DNA of 64,000 bases, taken from contig JBHGNT010000021.1 of the NCBI GenBank assembly GCA_043228905.1, forward strand, positions 6,634,001-6,698,000. The letters run 5' to 3'. Both the position numbers and the translations under genes were made by a program. The DNA is from Azolla caroliniana. Its lineage: Eukaryota; Plantae; Polypodiophyta. Positions 59,500 to 64,000 of this stretch are shown here, in pieces (the stretch's first letter is position 1; every line of letters starts with the position of its first letter). The notes below the pieces were generated by a model. It ran no database searches. It was not told where the DNA came from and saw only the letters and a list, made by a program, of their open reading frames with translations.

Positions 59500-60143
59500 T
59501 GTGAAGGTATTCCTCGCGGATGCGTGGAATGAGGCGGGACCTTGGGGATCTTGTACCAAAGAACAAGAGAGAAAGGAGAAGAGACCCACTACGTGCGAGA
59601 GTTGATTCACAAGGACACGGCCCTTCGACACAAAGACGCGAGTGGGAGAGCGACACAGAGAGACACGAACGTATGTATGTATTAACAAAGACAAACAACA
59701 CAACACGGAGTCGGTTACAACCGAACAGGCCGGCGAACAGATGTCGATACCTGTTCGTAAACGCACAGAAAGGAAGGAGTAGGTTGGAGGTGCTGCCGGA
59801 AGCACTCGGGCATTCCTCAGAGAAGCGCGCGCCTCCCGAAACCTGCACAGAAGGAAGCTATGGCGTTTGCGAACCAGAGAGAGAGAGAGAAGCCTTCGCC
59901 CACGAACCGACAACACTTCGTCCTCGACTCTCCGCAATGCCCTTTTCCCCTCCTCGTCTCCCTCCTTTTGTAGGCAAGGAAGGAGCCGTTTCCTATTAAC
60001 CTCCTACCTACCGACTCTACCTACCTAGGATCGTGCATGACCCTAATTCTCTCTTATGTACACCATAAGGCGTACGCGCATGAAGAGCCGGTTCCTATGC
60101 TCCGGCGCACCGATTCCGCTTGTGGACGGTTTTCTTCACGACA
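59500..60143 (-). repeat. G3 5' LTR (644 bp)
   Basis: Minus strand TGTCGTGAA...TTCACA. Confidence 0.93.
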
Positions 60144-60167
60144 AAGCACACGCGAATCTTCGCGACA

Positions 60168-60595
60168 ACAGTCCGCCTCCTCCTTCTTCAGCTTCTTCCG
60201 GAGAAGCCTTCAAGTATAACCGGCCAAAATCTGATGTCGTTTCCGGAACCGGTGCTCTTTTCTTCTCGTACCCGGATACCCTCTGACGCCGAATAGTGAA
60301 TGGTTTCGGCGTGTCGTGCCACTGCCTCCTCCATTAACCTCTTCATTCCGCCCCAACTAGTGTTCATTTCAAGGGGCCTTCGTATTTCGCTCGCGTGTAC
60401 ACGGTCGTTCTAGAGGTACACCACGTTATTCCTTAGCACCTCGGCGAAGTCGGTACAGTCTCTTCGAATGTGGCTGACACCGTCACACAACATGCACCTC
60501 GGGTCATTGGACAAATGCCGGTCACGCGTTTGACCTCCGCCATCCCTCCGGGCCTGAGTGATTTGGAGGTCGCGCACCATCTTCGTCAACTCCTC
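60168..60595 (-). pseudogene. gag: gag fragment of an older G3-family copy (probably G3')
   Basis: Matches 43900-44265 (knuckle region, GMKRLMEEA, IHYSAS). Confidence 0.8.
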
Positions 60596-61077
60596 TTCTT
60601 CTTCAATGAAGTATCTGAGGTGTGTGAACCGGACTTGCGTCCCTTGGTTGATAATCTATCCAACCAACACCAAGTTCTTTGTGATTGTGGGGACGTGCAA
60701 GAAGTTCATTAGTCTCCCCTTATGTCTGACATGACTCAGGGGGACATGATCGACATGCTCAATGGGATGTGAGGTGTTGTCACCGGTTTCGACAACCCTC
60801 GGTTGTTCCGGTTTCTCCAAATATGAGAACCACTCTTCATGGCTCATCATGTGGTTTGACGCTCCGGAATTGACATACCACACCTCGTTCAGTTTCGAGG
60901 TGCTCGTCTTCATTGAGTTGGCCTTGTGCTTCATCACAAAGGTTGGGCCTTTTCTGGCTTGCTCTGAGCCTTCCACATAGTGTGACCACTGTCGATTTCC
61001 TTGTTCGGCTCTGCTCGATCCAAATTTGTCCAAATTGGCCTTCTTCTTCCATCACTCACTTTCTCTGTGGCCTTTCC
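60596..61077 (-). pseudogene. Protease-region fragment of a C2-family copia
   Basis: WYVNSGASNHM..VETGDN..LHVPTITKNLV, homologous to 14430-14900. Confidence 0.85.
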
Positions 61078-64000
61078 TGTTGGGAGACAGGTCCCTCCGG
61101 ATGGGAAGGGAGAAGAACAGTGTTGATAAGAAAACCGGATGAGGAGTACCCGGCTACGGAGAGCCGGATGGTGCAGACCCGGTGAGAACCGGATGAGGAG
61201 TACCCGGCTATGGAGAGCCGGATGGTGCAGACCTGGTGATAACCGGATGAGGAGTACCCGGCTACGGAGAGCTGGATGGTGCAGACCCGGTGATGACCGG
61301 ATGAGGAGTACCTGGCTACGGAGAGCTGGATGGTGCAGACCCGGTGAGAACCGGATGACGAGTGCTCGACAAGATCCGGATGATGCAGGCCCGGTGAGGA
61401 GCGCTCTCCGGATGAAGAGACATATTCGTAAATATGTTTCTGAGAGTCCATCGAGGCTATATTTGTAAATAGCCAAAAAGTCATATTAGTATAAATATGA
61501 CTTAGGGCAAACTTTTAGACAGAGTTGTTGTCATTCTCGTTGGTGCAAGGAGAGAGAGAGTGTGTAACTGTGTACAGAGAGAGAGAGAGAGAGAAAGAGG
61601 TCGTTGCCTCTGTTGTAACTGCCGCCTGTGGCGAGGATCGTGAGCACGAGGTCGTTGCCTCCGTGAACTCACAGTTGTACATTTTAACATAGTGATAGTT
61701 TGCAGCCTGTGGGCTGCCGTGGTTTTTCCCCTTAGTTTGGGTTTTCCACATAAACATCCTGCGTACTCATCTCTTCTTCATGTCGTTCATTATTTCCCGT
61801 TTTATGTGTATGATTCTAAGCTCGGTTATGGCCAAGCGTCGTGTAGAAGGAGCGTTTTAGTTCCCGTCAAGTGGTATCAGAGCGAAACGACACAGAAAAT
61901 GGACGAATCGTTTGGCGGCATGTTCAAGCTCACCGGCTCCAACTATTCAGTGTGGAAGTCGAAGATGAGGAGGGACATGCTCGTGGTTAAAGACCTCTGG
62001 TTTCCGGTTCAGTTCGGCGACAAAAGATCGGACAAAATCGACGCCGCGATATGGGAGGTGATGCACATGAAGACAACGGCATACATACGGTGCTTCATCG
62101 ACATGAGCCTGTACAACAACTTCAATGAAGAGAGCAAGGCTCATGAGCTCTGGGAGAAGATCGGCATTATGTTCCAGAACAAAAATGATGTTAATCAAGT
62201 TTCGGTATTCCGGAAGCTAGTAAGAATCCGGACCAAGATGGCTCCAGCATGGCGGAGCACATGAATGCCTTCCAAGGGCTGATCCACCAGGCAATATCAC
62301 TGGAAGTACCTCTCGTTGATGAGGTACTAGCGCTACTCCTACTCGGTTCCCTCCCGGATAGCTGGGAGACGTTGGTTGTCACTTTGGGCAACGCCGGGCC
62401 GGAAGGGAAATGGTTATCCCTAGCAAGAGTATAGTCGAGCTTGCTAGATGAGGAGGCGCGTCAGAAAGATAAAGATATGAGCTCCGACTCCAAAGCACTC
62501 CTTACCAAATCAGAACGCAGAAGACATAGAAACCGTAGTCCCCAGAACCGGGAGAAGTCGGGGACACGGTCAAAGTCAAGGGGAAGGCCTACTTGCTTCT
62601 AATGTGGCAAGCCGGGACACTTCCAAAAGAACTGTTGGCATTTCCGAAAAGACAAGGAAACCAACGGTACCGATTCGAAGCGGACCCCGGACCAGAACAG
62701 TAAAGACCAGAGGGGGCCGGACCGGAAGGGAACGACGGCAATCGCAGCAAGTGAAGAAGAGTTGATGCTCATCACCGAGGAGAGTGAGATAAACCTTGCT
62801 GGCGACGAGATGACCTGGGTGGTAGACTCCGGAGCGTCGTTCCACCTTACCCCAGACCGGAAATGCTTCTCATTCTACGCAGCCGATGATCACAGCTGTG
62901 TCCGGATGGGGAATGAAGGTACATGCCGAATTGTCGGCATTGGAGACATGTGGCTGACAACACCAACCGGATGCAAGTTGCTGCTGAAGGATGTCCAACA
63001 CGTTTCGGAGGTTCGTCTGAACCTGATATCAGCCGGTCGGCTAGATGATGAAGGCTACATGGGTAGCATCCGGAACCGTGTCATGAAGTTCAGCAAAGGG
63101 AGCCTGATTGTGGCTCGGGCCCGTAAGGTAAACACATTGTACCTGATGAACGCCCGTTTATGTCCGGAAGAAGTGAACGTGGCATCCAACACTGTCGGTG
63201 AGCTGTGGCACAAGAGGTTGTGTCATATGAGCGAGAAGGGGATGAAGAGGCTTGCAGATGACAACCTCATTCCAGTGAAGAACGTGCACTTGGAGAAGTG
63301 CACTGATTGTCTGGCCGGTAAGCAAAACCGGACCTCCTTCCGATCAAGGCCACCGATGAGACGTAATGCACCACTGGAGTTGGTGCATACGGATGTGTGT
63401 CAAGTGGACACGAAGTCACATGCCGGAGCACAGTACTTCGTGACGTTCATAGATGACCACAGCTGGAAGCTGTGGGCCACACCATTGAAGACGAAGGATC
63501 AGGTGTTATCCGTCTTCAAAGAGCTCCACGCGAGAGTGGAAAGAGAAACCGGCCGGAAGCTAATGGCAGTTCGAGCAGATAACGGAGGAGAATACCGAGG
63601 GCAGTTCGAGGAGTACTGTCGTTCGAAGGGAATCCGGTTTGAATTTACCGTGCCGAAGACGCCGGAACTAAATGGACTGGCTGAGAGGATGAACCGGAGC
63701 ATAATGGAGGGGTCCGGAGTATGCTAGCACATGCCAAACTACCCAAGAAGTTTTGGGCTGAGGCACTGTCGACGGCGACATATGTTATAAATAGATCACC
63801 CTCAGTACCCTTGGACGGAGACACGCCACAGAGAGTGTGGACCGGTAAGGAAGTATCCTACCGGCATCTGAAGGTGTTCGGGTGTCTCGCGTACGCGCAT
63901 GTAGCTAAGGACCGGAGAGGAAAGTTAGATCCAAAGACCCGGCCATGCATATTCCTCGGTTACGGTGACGATGAGTTCGGCTACCGAGTGTGGGACCTGG
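61078..64000 (+). mobile_element. C7: C1-family Ty1/copia running off the window (LTR 61078-61869 with four variant 54-bp repeats, PBS-Met 61872-61883, decayed gag-pol from 61899)
   Basis: TGTTGG...CGTCA, TGGTATCAGAGC, MDESFGGMFKL...; stops and frameshifts. Confidence 0.94.

Larger units (their letters stand above)
38731..60143 (-). mobile_element. G3: autonomous-type Ty3/gypsy, tRNA-Trp primed, ~7 kb net, carrying nested N1, C5 and C6
   Basis: LTRs 59500-60143 and ~38731-39369, PBS 59478-59495, PPT GGTGGGGGCAGA (39370-39381), gag-PR and RT-RH-IN. Confidence 0.92.

Overview
The window is almost entirely a nested cluster of plant-type LTR retrotransposons. I see no host gene. The families look like those of a non-seed land plant (inference). 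Left part: a decayed non-chromoviral Ty3/gypsy (G1, ~885-14248) with an extra 3' ORF carries a Ty1/copia with an uninterrupted 1353-aa ORF (C1, 5327-10875, TSD GCTCC). Next come a truncated copia (C2), a full-length decayed chromovirus (16325-22963, TSD ATGAC), a gypsy gag/LTR remnant, and a copia (C3, 25342-36140) holding another copia (C4, 29173-34456) and a truncated solo LTR. Right part, the most interesting: an alternating stack of two partner families that share a tRNA-Trp primer site, PPT and LTR 5' terminus. One is an autonomous gypsy (G3, ~38731-60143, minus) with Gag-protease and RT-RH-IN joined by a -1 slippery site plus predicted pseudoknot. The other is a Gag-only non-autonomous element (N1, 44964-59392, 4-bp TSD GCGT; N2, ~36180-60167) whose LTRs carry a tRNA-like box A/box B cassette. 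N1 was later hit by two young copias (C5, 47168-52488, with a swapped capsid; C6, 53536-58973). A further copia (C7) runs off the right edge. All boundaries and mismatch counts were read by eye; lineage assignments are inference without database searches.
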